Part shown: positions 35,751-45,170 of the stretch, piece by piece
Numbering within the stretch: the stretch's first letter is position 1
Layout: each line of letters starts with the position of its first letter
Virus record (IMG/VR): IMGVR_UViG_3300024046_000005
Location: 3,842-67,841 of that record
Reading direction: 5' to 3' (one strand)
DNA: 64,000 nt
Source of the DNA: a virus
Lineage: Duplodnaviria > Caudoviricetes
Position numbers and translations under genes: made by a program
The notes under the pieces: generated by a model
Databases searched by the model: none
The model's input: only the letters and a program-made list of their open reading frames with translations
Told to the model about the DNA's origin: nothing

Positions 35751-36316
35751 GTAGCGCTCCTTTTCATTTCCTTGAGCTTGGCCTTGTAGGTATCGCGGAT
35801 CGATCGGAGTTCGTCGGCTGTCCACTTGTGCGGTCGGTTATCAGCCTCCAGGGCCTCCACCCTGGCCAGGCCGATACGCTCGATAAGCCTTGCCCGATAC
35901 TCCAACGCATTGCCCGCAAGGTAGCGGTTGTCCTGTTTCGATTGGGCATGGCAGTTGTCCTCGTGATAGCGAAGATGCGATGCAGCCCCACGGCTGCGAT
36001 AGTGGCCTGCATCTACCTGGTTGCCAGACCAATCCAGCGGGCGACCAGAGCTGATGCATGGATACCCGGCCTGACGGTCGCGTTCTCGGATGTAGGCCAT
36101 GAAAGCCTTGTCTGCCTCCGCTATCAAAACGGGGATGGTCTTGATGGCTTCCTTGCGCGTCTTGACCTTGGCGCGCTCCTCCACCTTCGCTTGCTTGACC
36201 TTGCGGACAGCGCAGCGTGGAGAGCAAACCGATTGCATAGGCTTCGTGGGCATGTATGTCTTGGCGCACACCGGGCACGGGCGGGGCTTGGGAGTGAAGG
36301 GCTTCACTGAAAACAC
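35747..36316 (-). CDS. ninG: NinG/Rap-like recombination endonuclease
   Basis: CPVC...YIRERD..PCISSG...DAGHYRSRGAASHLRYHEDNCHAQ..N. Confidence 0.88.
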   Translation of the reverse strand: MFSVKPFTPKPRPCPVCAKTYMPTKPMQSVCSPRCAVRKVKQAKVEERAKVKTRKEAIKTIPVLIAEADKAFMAYIRERDRQAGYPCISSGRPLDWSGNQVDAGHYRSRGAASHLRYHEDNCHAQSKQDNRYLAGNALEYRARLIERIGLARVEALEADNRPHKWTADELRSIRDTYKAKLKEMKRSAT

Positions 36317-36552
36317 TCCCGTATCTCTTGAGTCACGGATCTGATGATTGGCCGCAGGACGATTTCTGCAAGGCTCTTGCGGAACGCATTTCGCATGGCA
36401 ACCGCCATGGTCTTGTGGCCAGCGAACACCGCCTCCATGGATTCAGCAATGGCCAGACTGATGCCGTTTTGCATTGCCCTAAGCCGGATATAGGCCAGCG
36501 GGTTGCCCTTGGAAGATGCGCGCATGAGGCGAAGTTTCTGGCGCTTGGTCAC
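36304..36552 (-). CDS. Small hypothetical protein
   Basis: 82-aa ORF between ninB and ninG. Confidence 0.45.
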   Translation of the reverse strand: MTKRQKLRLMRASSKGNPLAYIRLRAMQNGISLAIAESMEAVFAGHKTMAVAMRNAFRKSLAEIVLRPIIRSVTQEIRECFQ

Positions 36553-37007
36553 TGTTCGCCCTCCCATGCCTTGAACTGCATGCTGTGCTCCGCGCCGAAG
36601 GCATACAGCCATTCGATGAAGGCCCGCGCCAGTTTGATCGTGAAATCGCGGGACTGGATGCCCATCAGCACCACCTCGCCGCGCAGCCCCCGGCCCATGC
36701 GCATATCGCCGAACTTGGCCCACTCGCCAGCCAGGTCAGGATCGTCCCGTGTGTCAATGCGGAACGCTGAAATCAGGATGCGCTTGGCGTCTTCCTTGTC
36801 CGCCAAGTCCCCGCCGATTTGCTCGCTGATCTGCGCGATGAGACTGTGGAAGTGCCGGTTATGGTTGTCACGTCGGGTTTCCGGCTTGATTTCCAGCACC
36901 AGCCGATGCCCCGTCATCAGCCAGGCCTTAGCCATAGTCCATGCGTGCATCAGCGCTTTGTGCGCTTGCACCGGTTCGATCAGCGAGAGTGTGATCCGCT
37001 CGCTCAT
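36549..37007 (-). CDS. ninB: NinB/Orf-like recombination accessory protein
   Basis: RRDNHNRHFHSLIAQISEQ...QSRDFTIKLARAFIEWLYAFGAEH. Confidence 0.8.
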   Translation of the reverse strand: MSERITLSLIEPVQAHKALMHAWTMAKAWLMTGHRLVLEIKPETRRDNHNRHFHSLIAQISEQIGGDLADKEDAKRILISAFRIDTRDDPDLAGEWAKFGDMRMGRGLRGEVVLMGIQSRDFTIKLARAFIEWLYAFGAEHSMQFKAWEGEQ

Positions 37008-37201
37008 GATGCGGCGTCCATCGCAAAAAGATCGCCAGTCTGCGTATCGCGCTTGACCGGCAGCCGGCCAAACAGCGACGGCTTGCGCGGCTTGCACTCG
37101 ATCAGCCCCATGGCTTTTGCGCACTTCGGCCCGAGCACACGCCCGCCGATGGTGGCCGCAGGATCGCGCAGGATCAGCCTGCCGCATCTTGCGCATCTCA
37201 T
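37004..37201 (-). CDS. Small zinc-finger-like protein
   Basis: MRCARCGR...LGPKCAK. Confidence 0.6.
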   Translation of the reverse strand: MRCARCGRLILRDPAATIGGRVLGPKCAKAMGLIECKPRKPSLFGRLPVKRDTQTGDLFAMDAAS

Positions 37202-37398
37202 TCGACCTTTCCTTTCGCGTCGATTCCCTCGATGGCCCGGGCAAGGTACACGGCCTTGTCCAACGTCTCTTCCAACGCGTGCTGTAGCCACTGGCGCAGG
37301 GACAGTGGGTTGTCTGCCACCGTGGTGCCGTACTTGGCAATACCGAGCTGCTGGCGCTTGGCGATCAACTCACACACGCGGCGCTCTGTGCCGGTCAC
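37198..37398 (-). CDS. Small phage protein, possibly MazG-like nucleotide hydrolase fold
   Basis: RQQLGIAKYGTT...WLQHALEETLDKAVYL. Confidence 0.5.
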   Translation of the reverse strand: MTGTERRVCELIAKRQQLGIAKYGTTVADNPLSLRQWLQHALEETLDKAVYLARAIEGIDAKGKVE

Positions 37399-37583
37399 AG
37401 CGATTCCCGCCTCGTATCCGGCCTGTACCCGCTGGCCTTGATTCGCCTCTGCACTTCGGTCAGCAGTCCCTCGAATGCCGGCTCCTTGTCCAGCTCCCGC
37501 GCTCGATTGCGGCTGTACTCCCACCAGCCTGGCGTCAGGGCGAGTCGCGTCAGGTGCTCCACCTGTTTGTCGAACTCGGTCAT
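37395..37583 (-). CDS. Small hypothetical protein
   Basis: 62-aa ORF downstream of dnaB. Confidence 0.55.
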   Translation of the reverse strand: MTEFDKQVEHLTRLALTPGWWEYSRNRARELDKEPAFEGLLTEVQRRIKASGYRPDTRRESL

Positions 37584-37586
37584 GCA

Positions 37587-38951
37587 TCAAAAATCCTCCG
37601 CATACGTGTTCACAGCCGCCTTCTTGCCCGGCGCTGTAAGCGGCTGCGTCGATTCCGTCCAGCGCTGGTACTGGCCCTCGAAATGCAGCGCAACCTCCCC
37701 AGTCCGGCCGCCACGGGCCTTCGCAACATCCAGGCCGTTGAGCGTGTAGGCATCGTGCTTCTGGTGGCGCCACATCAGCATCACCACGTCGGCGTCCTCC
37801 TCGATGGCGCCAGACTCTTTCAGGTCGGCCAGCACCGGGCGGCCAGACATGCGCTTTTCCACCTCGCGGTTGAGCTGCGAAAGCGTCAGGATCGTGATGC
37901 CCAGTTGCTTGGCCAGCGACTTCAAGCCGCGCGAGATTTCTTCGAGCTGGTGATGGCGCGACAGCTTCGGGTTGGCAGAGCTGCATAGCTGGATGTAGTC
38001 GAGCACCAGCAGCTTGATGTCGTGCTTGCGCTTGAGCATTCGCGCCTTCGCAGCGATCTCCGGCAGCGTCATGGCCGCCTGCTGGTCGAAATACAGCGGC
38101 AGGCCGCGCATCCGTTCCACGGCTTCTGACAGGCGCGTCCACTCGTCATCGACCAACTTGCCCGTCTGGTAACGCTCGTAGTCGATCCGGCCAACGTTGC
38201 AGAGCGCGCGGTCGGTCATTTCCTCGTTCTCCATCTCCATCGAGAACATGGCCGCAGCGTGGCCGTCCATCGCCAAGTTGACCGCGATCTGCTCTGCAAG
38301 CGACGACTTGCCCACGCTCGGGCGCGCGGCCAGGATCATCTGCTTGCCGGGCTTGAGCCCACCCCCAAGCCTGCGGTCGAGCCCCGGGATGCGCGTCGGG
38401 ATACCCGGTTGAGTAACCCCATCGGCCAGCGCCTGGATACGGTCAATCGCACCCGCGACGTAGGCCTCGATGGATTGCGGCTGCGTGCGCGCGGCAGGCT
38501 GCGCAACACGCTCCAGGGTGGACTGTGCCTGTGCAATCCGGTCAACCACCGGCAGGGATTCGTCCGCCGCGATCCCGCGCACCTCGGCGGCGGCGCGCTG
38601 CAACTGACGGGCCAGCGCATGGTCGGCAACGATGGCCGCGTGCTGGCGCAGCACACGCAGGCCGACAAACGCCTGCGTGCACAGGTGCAATGCCGCCATG
38701 GCGTCGTCCGCATCGGCGGCGCGCAGCACCTCGTACACCGCAACCAGGTCAACGGGTTTGCCGGCCAGCACCAGCGTTTCGATCGCGCTCCACGCCGATG
38801 CGTACAGGCCCACCGCGAAGGACTCCGCGTGCAGCGTTTCTGCCACCGCGTCGTACGCCTCGACCCCGGCGACCAGCAGCGCGCCAATCACGCCGGCCTC
38901 GGCTTCTGGCGAGCAGTGCAGCAGCTCTGTCGGCAGGTCAAGCGGGTTCAT
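37587..38951 (-). CDS. dnaB: Replicative DNA helicase, DnaB family
   Basis: ILAARPSVGKS; FSMEM; LVLDYIQL; LSQLNREVEKR; DLKESGAIEEDADVV. Confidence 0.95.
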   Translation of the reverse strand: MNPLDLPTELLHCSPEAEAGVIGALLVAGVEAYDAVAETLHAESFAVGLYASAWSAIETLVLAGKPVDLVAVYEVLRAADADDAMAALHLCTQAFVGLRVLRQHAAIVADHALARQLQRAAAEVRGIAADESLPVVDRIAQAQSTLERVAQPAARTQPQSIEAYVAGAIDRIQALADGVTQPGIPTRIPGLDRRLGGGLKPGKQMILAARPSVGKSSLAEQIAVNLAMDGHAAAMFSMEMENEEMTDRALCNVGRIDYERYQTGKLVDDEWTRLSEAVERMRGLPLYFDQQAAMTLPEIAAKARMLKRKHDIKLLVLDYIQLCSSANPKLSRHHQLEEISRGLKSLAKQLGITILTLSQLNREVEKRMSGRPVLADLKESGAIEEDADVVMLMWRHQKHDAYTLNGLDVAKARGGRTGEVALHFEGQYQRWTESTQPLTAPGKKAAVNTYAEDF

Positions 38952-39864
38952 GGGCTTCCTCCTCGTGGCGTGCCGCGATGCGGGCGTCCAGCGCCTGCTT
39001 GCGCAGCAGCCCCTTCGATGTCCACTGCACCCCGCCGCCATCCTCGGCAAAGAACCACAGCCCGAACCAGCTGTCCTTCACGCAGTTGGCGAAGTGGGCG
39101 GGCCAGTCGCGGTAGCGCTTGGCGCGGTACTGCGCGTCGTCGGTGTAGCGCTCCCGGAACGCGATCCATGCGATCTGCAGCATCTCGTCGGTGATGCCGG
39201 CATCTGCCGCCCAGTTGCGGATCGCATGGCCATCCGGGACAGGCTTTGCGCCGACGGCTTTGCACTCGGCCAGGTAGGCCGACAGCGTGGTGTCCGGGCG
39301 TTTTGCCTTCGGCGGCTTGACGGCGGGAGGGGGCGGCGCGTTAGCGCTCTCCCCTTCTGAACGTAGTGAAGAAGGGGTATTACTCTTATCTGTATCTTTA
39401 TCTAGCGTGACATTGCGTGACATTGCGTGACATGCATTTGTCCCGTTGCCGTCCTCATTTGTCACGGCGCCATCGGTAGCCTCATTTTTAGTAGCATTCT
39501 TCTCGCGCTGGCGTTGGTCTCTCTTGCGTTCAGTAGCCGACCTCACGCCGCGCTCTACATCTCCAGCATCTTCCCTTTTGGGCTGCCGGGTATCCCAAGA
39601 TCGCAGCCTCATGCCATCCAGAACACGCCCCTGCATTGCCTCAAGAATTGCCGCAATCTGCTGTTCGTCACAGTCCAGCGCGCTCGCCAAATCTTCATGC
39701 GTGACAGTCGCGTGACCTCGCGTGACATTGCGTGACGCATCAACCATCAGGTGCAGGAAAACAGACAACACCAGAGAAATGGGTTGCTTTGAAACGCGCG
39801 CGACCGTCCGCCATTTCGGGTCATTGGGCATCTCATGCCACAGGCGCAGCCACTCGTTTGCCAT
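38938..39864 (-). CDS. Phage replication initiator
   Basis: WLRLWHEMPNDPKWRTVAR N-terminus; upstream of dnaB; RYRDWPAHFANCV C-terminus. Confidence 0.75.
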   Translation of the reverse strand: MANEWLRLWHEMPNDPKWRTVARVSKQPISLVLSVFLHLMVDASRNVTRGHATVTHEDLASALDCDEQQIAAILEAMQGRVLDGMRLRSWDTRQPKREDAGDVERGVRSATERKRDQRQREKNATKNEATDGAVTNEDGNGTNACHAMSRNVTLDKDTDKSNTPSSLRSEGESANAPPPPAVKPPKAKRPDTTLSAYLAECKAVGAKPVPDGHAIRNWAADAGITDEMLQIAWIAFRERYTDDAQYRAKRYRDWPAHFANCVKDSWFGLWFFAEDGGGVQWTSKGLLRKQALDARIAARHEEEAHEPA

Positions 39865-40079
39865 CAGCGCCTCGCTTTCCGTGCGGCAAATCGCGTCGCC
39901 CTGCGCGCCTCGACCTGGGCATACATTTCACGCTGCGCCCGACGCATTCCGTCACGATCACCCACGACATGGGCGATCTGCATATCCAGGTCAGCGACGA
40001 TGGCAGATGCCTTGCGGCGCTCGTCAATCAAGCGCACAAGGGTTGCGTCTTGCGCTGTGGGGCGGGGGATGGCCTGCAT
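39864..40079 (-). CDS. Small hypothetical protein
   Basis: 71-aa coupled ORF. Confidence 0.55.
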   Translation of the reverse strand: MQAIPRPTAQDATLVRLIDERRKASAIVADLDMQIAHVVGDRDGMRRAQREMYAQVEARRATRFAARKARR

Positions 40080-43000
40080 CAGGCGACCTCCAACTCCAGC
40101 ACATCGAACAGCGATGGCATCGTGGCCTCGCGCTCTGCCGCCCGCAGGTAATGCACTTGATCCATAAAGTACCCCGCATTCAGCTCAGAACCGCCGCCGC
40201 GACGGCCTTTGAGGATGGCTCGGTAGGGCACGGTGCCCAGGCCGCAGAATGGGTCATAGACCAGCTCGCCGGGATTGCTGTAGCGCTCGATCAGCCGATC
40301 CACGATGCCAAACTGAAGAGGGCAGATGTGTTTCTCCACAGCGCGTTTCGATTGGTCACTGTTCAACGTCAACATACGCGGCACGTCGTGCCACACGTCA
40401 GGATGGTGACTACCAGGTGCCAAGCTCATGAAGGTGGACGGCAGTGCGCCACGGGCTTCCAGTTCCTCGCCAATGCGAACATGAAAGTCGTAGTCATAAA
40501 TCTGCTGCAAGCTGTACTTGGTGAACAGGCTGGCCAGCTTGTCGGGGCCAAGTCCTGCCAGTTCATCCGCCGTGATCTGGCGGTTGCCGCCATCGCGCCA
40601 GAAAGCGTGGGCGTCAATCTGCCAATGTGCTCGGGTGTATTCGTCCTTGGACTTCTTCACAGGCACGTCGGCATAGCCCTTTGTGCGGTCGGTCTGCGGC
40701 TTACGGAACAGCACGATGTATTCGGGCGAGCCAACGCCCATCTTGGTGCCGTCCTTGCACTGCTCGCTCCACCCCAAGCGGTAGGTCTGGTTGTTCTCGC
40801 GCACAACGTCAGTCACGACCGTGATAAGGCCCATGTAGTCGAAACCATGCTTGCACCCGTGCATGATGGCTTCGCAGTGAAACGGGCTGACCGTGGGCGC
40901 ACCAGCGCCGGTCACGTTGCCAAACAAGATGCGATCCTTGACGTGGCAGGCGTAGATGCGGCCTGGCTTCAAGATGCGCAGCAACTCGGGCGTGAGGTGA
41001 TCCATTTGCGCCCAGAAGTGGTCATTGCTTTCGGTATGGCCGAAGTCGTTGTAGCTGGGGCTGTATTCGTAGTGGTTGGCAAACGGGATGGACGTGACGA
41101 TCAGGTCAACGTGGTTCTCCGGCTGGAGCTTTGCTTCTTCAACGCAGTCGTTGTTCGCCACGGTGAACAGGTCGCTCTTGACCTCGATGCGCTGGATTCC
41201 GATGGAGCGCGCCAAGGTTTCTTGCATGGCGAGATGGTTCAATCCGTATTGCTTGATGATGCCGGTCATGTTTTTCACCATTTCGTCGTGTTGTGCCCAC
41301 TTCGTTTGCAGGGTGCGCAAGACCTCGCGCTCGGCCTCGCTGTAGACGATGTGAATGTCACAGGCTCGCTCTTGGCCGTAACGCTGGATGCGATGGACGG
41401 CCTGAATCAGGTCATTGAACTTGTAGGTCACGCCGACAAAGACAGCCTTGTTGCATTGCTGTAGATTCAAGCCTTGGCCCAGCATCACCGGCTTGCCGAT
41501 CAGCGCGTATGTCTTGCGGTCACGCCACTCTTGAATGCGGCGTTCAGCCTCTTCTGTGGTCAGAGATCCGTGCACCGAAGAGAACGACAGTCCACGAGCG
41601 GTCAGGGTTTGCTCGATGGCGTCCTGTTCGGCGTTGAGGTCGCACCAGATGACGATCTGGTCAGATACTCGATTGCCCTCTTCAGTAGATCTGGGTTGTC
41701 CAGAAAATGGCCCAGGCCGAAGTTGCACCGATGGCATAGCAGCCCCCTGACCTTCCCTGTCGAATGGCAGTGATCCACCGACAAAGACCTCTCCGCCTTG
41801 CCTTGCTGGCGAACTCCCGTTCGACTCACGCCACATATCGCGCATCCGCCGTTCTGCGCACTCAGCATCTCCGCATACTGCTTCGAGGTGATCCCGAACT
41901 CGGCTTTCAGCCTGCCCGACCTTTTCACATGAGGGTTCTTGGCATTGAACTCCCTTGCTTGCGCTTTCGTTTTCTCCCGATGCTCCGCATCGAGTGCATA
42001 CCGCTCTCGGCGTTTTCTGGATCGCTCTGCCTTCTCCGCTTCTGTCAATACCTTCCGCTGGTACGTCTTTAGGTACTCGGCCATGTACGCCTTTCTCCGC
42101 GCCTGCTTCTCGCCCGAAGCCAGATGCTTCGTCGCGTGGTAGTGCGCCAACTTGCGCGCACGCTCCCGCTCCTTGTTCTGGTCGTGATAAGCCCTGTTGT
42201 ATGCAGACTTGGCTTCCTTTGAGATACCCATCGATAACACTCCCCATGGCGGCAATTCGGGCAGGCAGGCTGTCGCGCTTCTCTGCGGCTGCGGCACTCA
42301 AACTCAGCGCAGGGTCTTGGAACATCAGCGCCTGGCCGTCGCGGTCGGCACCAGCCAGCGTGTAGTCCGTGGGCACCTCGTGATAGACCACTTCGATAGG
42401 CGGCAGGTCATAGCCTTCATCGCTGTAGCCCAGGTCGCTGGGGTATTGAATGAACACCGCCCAACTCGATACCCACAACCAGAATTCTTCGGTCTTGTGT
42501 GGGTACAAGGTCAAGTTTCCTGCTTTCTCGCTGTCGCGCTGGAAGAAGCGCGTCAGGGCTTGGCCCGTATCCATCACGCCAAGGAACCCGGCATAGTGGA
42601 TCAGCTCCTTGAAGCGGTTGGGGCTTGGCGTTGCCGTGTTGACCAGCTTGAATTCCACTGACTCGAACAGAGGCAAGAACTCTTGATAGGTCTTGCTGCC
42701 GAAGCTGCGCAGCACGCTAGCTTCATCCAAGCTCACAGCCTTGAACAAGGCAGGATCGAGCTTGCCGTCGCGGACGGTTTCGTAGTTGGTGATGTAGAGG
42801 GACTGGCCCGGAACAATCTCGGCGGCAGCGCGGATGAAGCTCAGGTTGATGCCCAACATTGCCGCATCGCGGATCAGCTCTTGCCGCACCCCCAGCGGGC
42901 ACACGATCAAGCCTAGGCCACCCTCAGCGCCAATGATCTGCCGCAGCCACTCGCACTGCATGACGGACTTGCCCAAGCCGAACTTTGCGAAGATGGCGCG

Positions 43001-43141
43001 ATTGCCGCCATGTACCGCCCAGCGCACGATGTCGCGCTGGAACGAGAACAGCTTGGGGTGGATCGCCGCAGGCTCCAAGCTCACGCCTTTGAAGCTTGCC
43101 ATCTTGATCTTGGCCCGCAGGAAATCTTCATATGTACCCAT
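40079..43141 (-). CDS. SF2 (SNF2-like) helicase fused to an N4-C/N6-A DNA methyltransferase, with a ~185-codon insertion
   Basis: GLGKS, LDEAS, TATPSPN, GQGLNLQ...HRIQRYGQ helicase motifs; VTSIPF and YDPFCGLGT MTase motifs. Confidence 0.88.
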   Translation of the reverse strand: MGTYEDFLRAKIKMASFKGVSLEPAAIHPKLFSFQRDIVRWAVHGGNRAIFAKFGLGKSVMQCEWLRQIIGAEGGLGLIVCPLGVRQELIRDAAMLGINLSFIRAAAEIVPGQSLYITNYETVRDGKLDPALFKAVSLDEASVLRSFGSKTYQEFLPLFESVEFKLVNTATPSPNRFKELIHYAGFLGVMDTGQALTRFFQRDSEKAGNLTLYPHKTEEFWLWVSSWAVFIQYPSDLGYSDEGYDLPPIEVVYHEVPTDYTLAGADRDGQALMFQDPALSLSAAAAEKRDSLPARIAAMGSVIDGYLKGSQVCIQQGLSRPEQGAGACAQVGALPRDEASGFGREAGAEKGVHGRVPKDVPAEGIDRSGEGRAIQKTPRAVCTRCGASGENESASKGVQCQEPSCEKVGQAESRVRDHLEAVCGDAECAERRMRDMWRESNGSSPARQGGEVFVGGSLPFDREGQGAAMPSVQLRPGPFSGQPRSTEEGNRVSDQIVIWCDLNAEQDAIEQTLTARGLSFSSVHGSLTTEEAERRIQEWRDRKTYALIGKPVMLGQGLNLQQCNKAVFVGVTYKFNDLIQAVHRIQRYGQERACDIHIVYSEAEREVLRTLQTKWAQHDEMVKNMTGIIKQYGLNHLAMQETLARSIGIQRIEVKSDLFTVANNDCVEEAKLQPENHVDLIVTSIPFANHYEYSPSYNDFGHTESNDHFWAQMDHLTPELLRILKPGRIYACHVKDRILFGNVTGAGAPTVSPFHCEAIMHGCKHGFDYMGLITVVTDVVRENNQTYRLGWSEQCKDGTKMGVGSPEYIVLFRKPQTDRTKGYADVPVKKSKDEYTRAHWQIDAHAFWRDGGNRQITADELAGLGPDKLASLFTKYSLQQIYDYDFHVRIGEELEARGALPSTFMSLAPGSHHPDVWHDVPRMLTLNSDQSKRAVEKHICPLQFGIVDRLIERYSNPGELVYDPFCGLGTVPYRAILKGRRGGGSELNAGYFMDQVHYLRAAEREATMPSLFDVLELEVA
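41602..42231 (-). CDS. Endonuclease VII-family homing endonuclease nested out of frame in the helicase-methylase
   Basis: FGITSKQYAEMLSAQNGGCAICG...LSVDHCHSTGKVRGLLCHRCNFGLGHFLDNPDLLKRAIEYL. Confidence 0.9.
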   Translation of the reverse strand: MGISKEAKSAYNRAYHDQNKERERARKLAHYHATKHLASGEKQARRKAYMAEYLKTYQRKVLTEAEKAERSRKRRERYALDAEHREKTKAQAREFNAKNPHVKRSGRLKAEFGITSKQYAEMLSAQNGGCAICGVSRTGVRQQGKAERSLSVDHCHSTGKVRGLLCHRCNFGLGHFLDNPDLLKRAIEYLTRSSSGATSTPNRTPSSKP

Positions 43142-43142
43142 A

Positions 43143-43325
43143 TCACCCCCTCGGCGGCGTAGCCAGCCACGGCCATGCGTAGCCCTTCGGGGCGTTAGGC
43201 ATGGATGCGTTGGTGATAGGGCCATCCACGGGCGCCGTGAGTTTTACGCGGGTGATGGATGGGATGCCTTGGGGTGCAAGAGTTGCAGCCTTGCGTCCGT
43301 TGGAGTTGAGAACTTTTTGGGTCAT
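43143..43325 (-). CDS. Small hypothetical protein
   Basis: 60-aa ORF coupled to the cII-like gene. Confidence 0.4.
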   Translation of the reverse strand: MTQKVLNSNGRKAATLAPQGIPSITRVKLTAPVDGPITNASMPNAPKGYAWPWLATPPRG

Positions 43326-43690
43326 TGCACGACCCCATCCAGTTGCTGCAACATAGCCTGCAGTTGGGCCTTCATGGCCTCTACCTGCTTGATGCCCTTG
43401 TTCTGCAGCTCAGGCGCCAGGAAGCGTTCAACGAGGTACAGCACAGGGGTTTTGTCCCCGGTCTTCTCGATGTAGCGTTCCAGGCTGTCCACACTGAAAT
43501 GACGCGACGCGTCTTCGGATATCTGCACAGACAAGTTGCTAGGCGCTTGGTCGAGGTCGATGGCAACGCGCTTAAGCCCGCGCTGGTAGACGCCACTGGC
43601 GACGCATTCGCGCAAAGAGCCGTACCGGTCAATCAGGCCGGGCTCGAAGTTGAGGGTCAATTGGGCAGGCTGGATAACTGCTGATGGCAT
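43322..43690 (-). CDS. CII-like regulator
   Basis: Downstream of cro; QLTLNFEPGL...KRVAIDLDQAPSNLS. Confidence 0.6.
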   Translation of the reverse strand: MPSAVIQPAQLTLNFEPGLIDRYGSLRECVASGVYQRGLKRVAIDLDQAPSNLSVQISEDASRHFSVDSLERYIEKTGDKTPVLYLVERFLAPELQNKGIKQVEAMKAQLQAMLQQLDGVVQ

Positions 43691-43882
43691 TTCGTATCTC
43701 CCGATATCACCGGTTATCAGTGGTGGGCCAAACAATGGAGGCCATGAACACGAACAGAAAAGTGCCCAACACCGAAGCGCCGGGCAAAGGCCGCCAGACG
43801 GCGGCACTGGAGGGATGGGGTGCTCGCCCGCCCTTGGCCTACGATGCAAGCTCTCACACCAGCATCGCCAAGGAGGACGGAC

Positions 43883-44137
43883 ATGAACGAAATCGAGCAG
43901 CTGCGCGAAGAACTGAACACACTCACAGCTCGCTCCTGGGCGCAGGAAGCGCTGTTGTTGCATCTCGCACAACGCGCAGGGGTTGTCGGTCTTTGGGAGA
44001 CGGATGGGCTGGAGACGGTAGCGTCAGAACTTCGCGACCGTCTGCGTTATTCGTCGCTGACGGATCTACAGATCGAGCTCTTTGGGCAAGAAATGCAACG
44101 CCTGCTGAAACAGCTTCACGACGCTGGCGATCCCTGA
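43883..44137 (+). CDS. Small opposite-strand hypothetical protein
   Basis: RBS AGGAGG; 84 aa. Confidence 0.6.
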   Translation: MNEIEQLREELNTLTARSWAQEALLLHLAQRAGVVGLWETDGLETVASELRDRLRYSSLTDLQIELFGQEMQRLLKQLHDAGDP

Positions 44138-44142
44138 TGTGT

Positions 44143-44379
44143 TCATGCATCGGTGCCCTCCCCTGCCCTTGCGGGTTCGCTGCGGGATGGTGCAGTAGCT
44201 GCATCAGCATCAGCGCCTTCCAGCGCATCAGGGCGCACCGCCCTCAAATACATCATTCGCGCCTTGGGAATGCCGCTTTTCTTCCAGTCGCTGACCGACG
44301 GCATACGCACCCCGAACATGCGGGCCACCTCGGCGGTGTCACCCAGCGCCTCAATGACCTTGATTGCGTGTGGATTCAT
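44143..44379 (-). CDS. cro: Cro-like repressor
   Basis: VIEALGDTAEVARMFGVRMPSVSDWKKSGIPKAR; divergent from cI. Confidence 0.85.
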   Translation of the reverse strand: MNPHAIKVIEALGDTAEVARMFGVRMPSVSDWKKSGIPKARMMYLRAVRPDALEGADADAATAPSRSEPARAGEGTDA

Positions 44380-44386
44380 GCCCCGC

Positions 44387-44450
44387 ATTGTCAGGCATAA
44401 CTAACCATCAAGTCAACCATAACTTACATCACTATTGTTAGGATTGCCTT
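44387..44450. promoter_or_regulatory. OR/PR region
   Basis: Minus-strand TTGACT-N18-GACAAT; operator ATTGTCAGGCATAACTAACCAT (44387-44408) plus two weaker copies. Confidence 0.7.
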
Positions 44451-45161
44451 ATGTCGCTATCCGACCGGCTGCACCTTGTTTTTGAAAAAAACCCCAAGCT
44501 CACCCAGGCAGGGCTGGCGCGTGCGTGCGACATATCCCGTGCGTCCGTGAACGCTTGGGTCAGAGGCCCCACGGAAAGCATCGACGGCAAGTACCTCACT
44601 ACTGCGGCCGCATACCTCGGAGTGACACCGCACTGGCTTTCTACTGGGCGCGGCGACATGGTTGCTGCTTCCACCACCTCCAACGTCATCGCCCTGCACC
44701 CAGACGACAACTTGCCGGATAACATGGTGCAGATTCCCGAGTACCGCGTGAAATTCAGCGGCGGCAATGGCACCGTGGCCATGACCTACGAGTTGGCCGA
44801 AGAAGTAGAGCCAGCCACCTACCGCCTATCGTGGATGCAGCGCATGCGCCTGAACCCGGAGAAACTCAAGCGCTTCAAGGTCAAGGGCGACAGCATGGAG
44901 CCCCTGCTGTACAGCGGCGACTCCGTGCTGGTGAACCTAGCAGAAAACGACATCAAAGAAATATTGGACGGCAAGGTGTACGCCATCCGCTACGGCAACG
45001 AGCTACGGGTCAAACGCCTGTACCGACGCCTCGATGGCGGCCTGACCCTGCGCAGCTACAACCCCGAGCACAAAGACGAAGACCTGACACCCGATCTGGT
45101 GGCCCAGCACATCACCGTGATTGGCCGTGTCAGGGACAAAAGCGGTGCGGGCGGGCTGTAG
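44451..45161 (+). CDS. cI: CI repressor (HTH plus S24 peptidase)
   Basis: TQAGLARACDISRASVNAW; VKGDSMEP...VKRL. Confidence 0.93.
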   Translation: MSLSDRLHLVFEKNPKLTQAGLARACDISRASVNAWVRGPTESIDGKYLTTAAAYLGVTPHWLSTGRGDMVAASTTSNVIALHPDDNLPDNMVQIPEYRVKFSGGNGTVAMTYELAEEVEPATYRLSWMQRMRLNPEKLKRFKVKGDSMEPLLYSGDSVLVNLAENDIKEILDGKVYAIRYGNELRVKRLYRRLDGGLTLRSYNPEHKDEDLTPDLVAQHITVIGRVRDKSGAGGL

Positions 45162-45170
45162 GAGAGAGAC

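Noticed and set aside
41660-42220. Helicase insertion as an intein
   Set aside because: No C/S start with a C-terminal HN followed by C/S/T, and no recognisable splicing blocks. The coding information is in the other frame.
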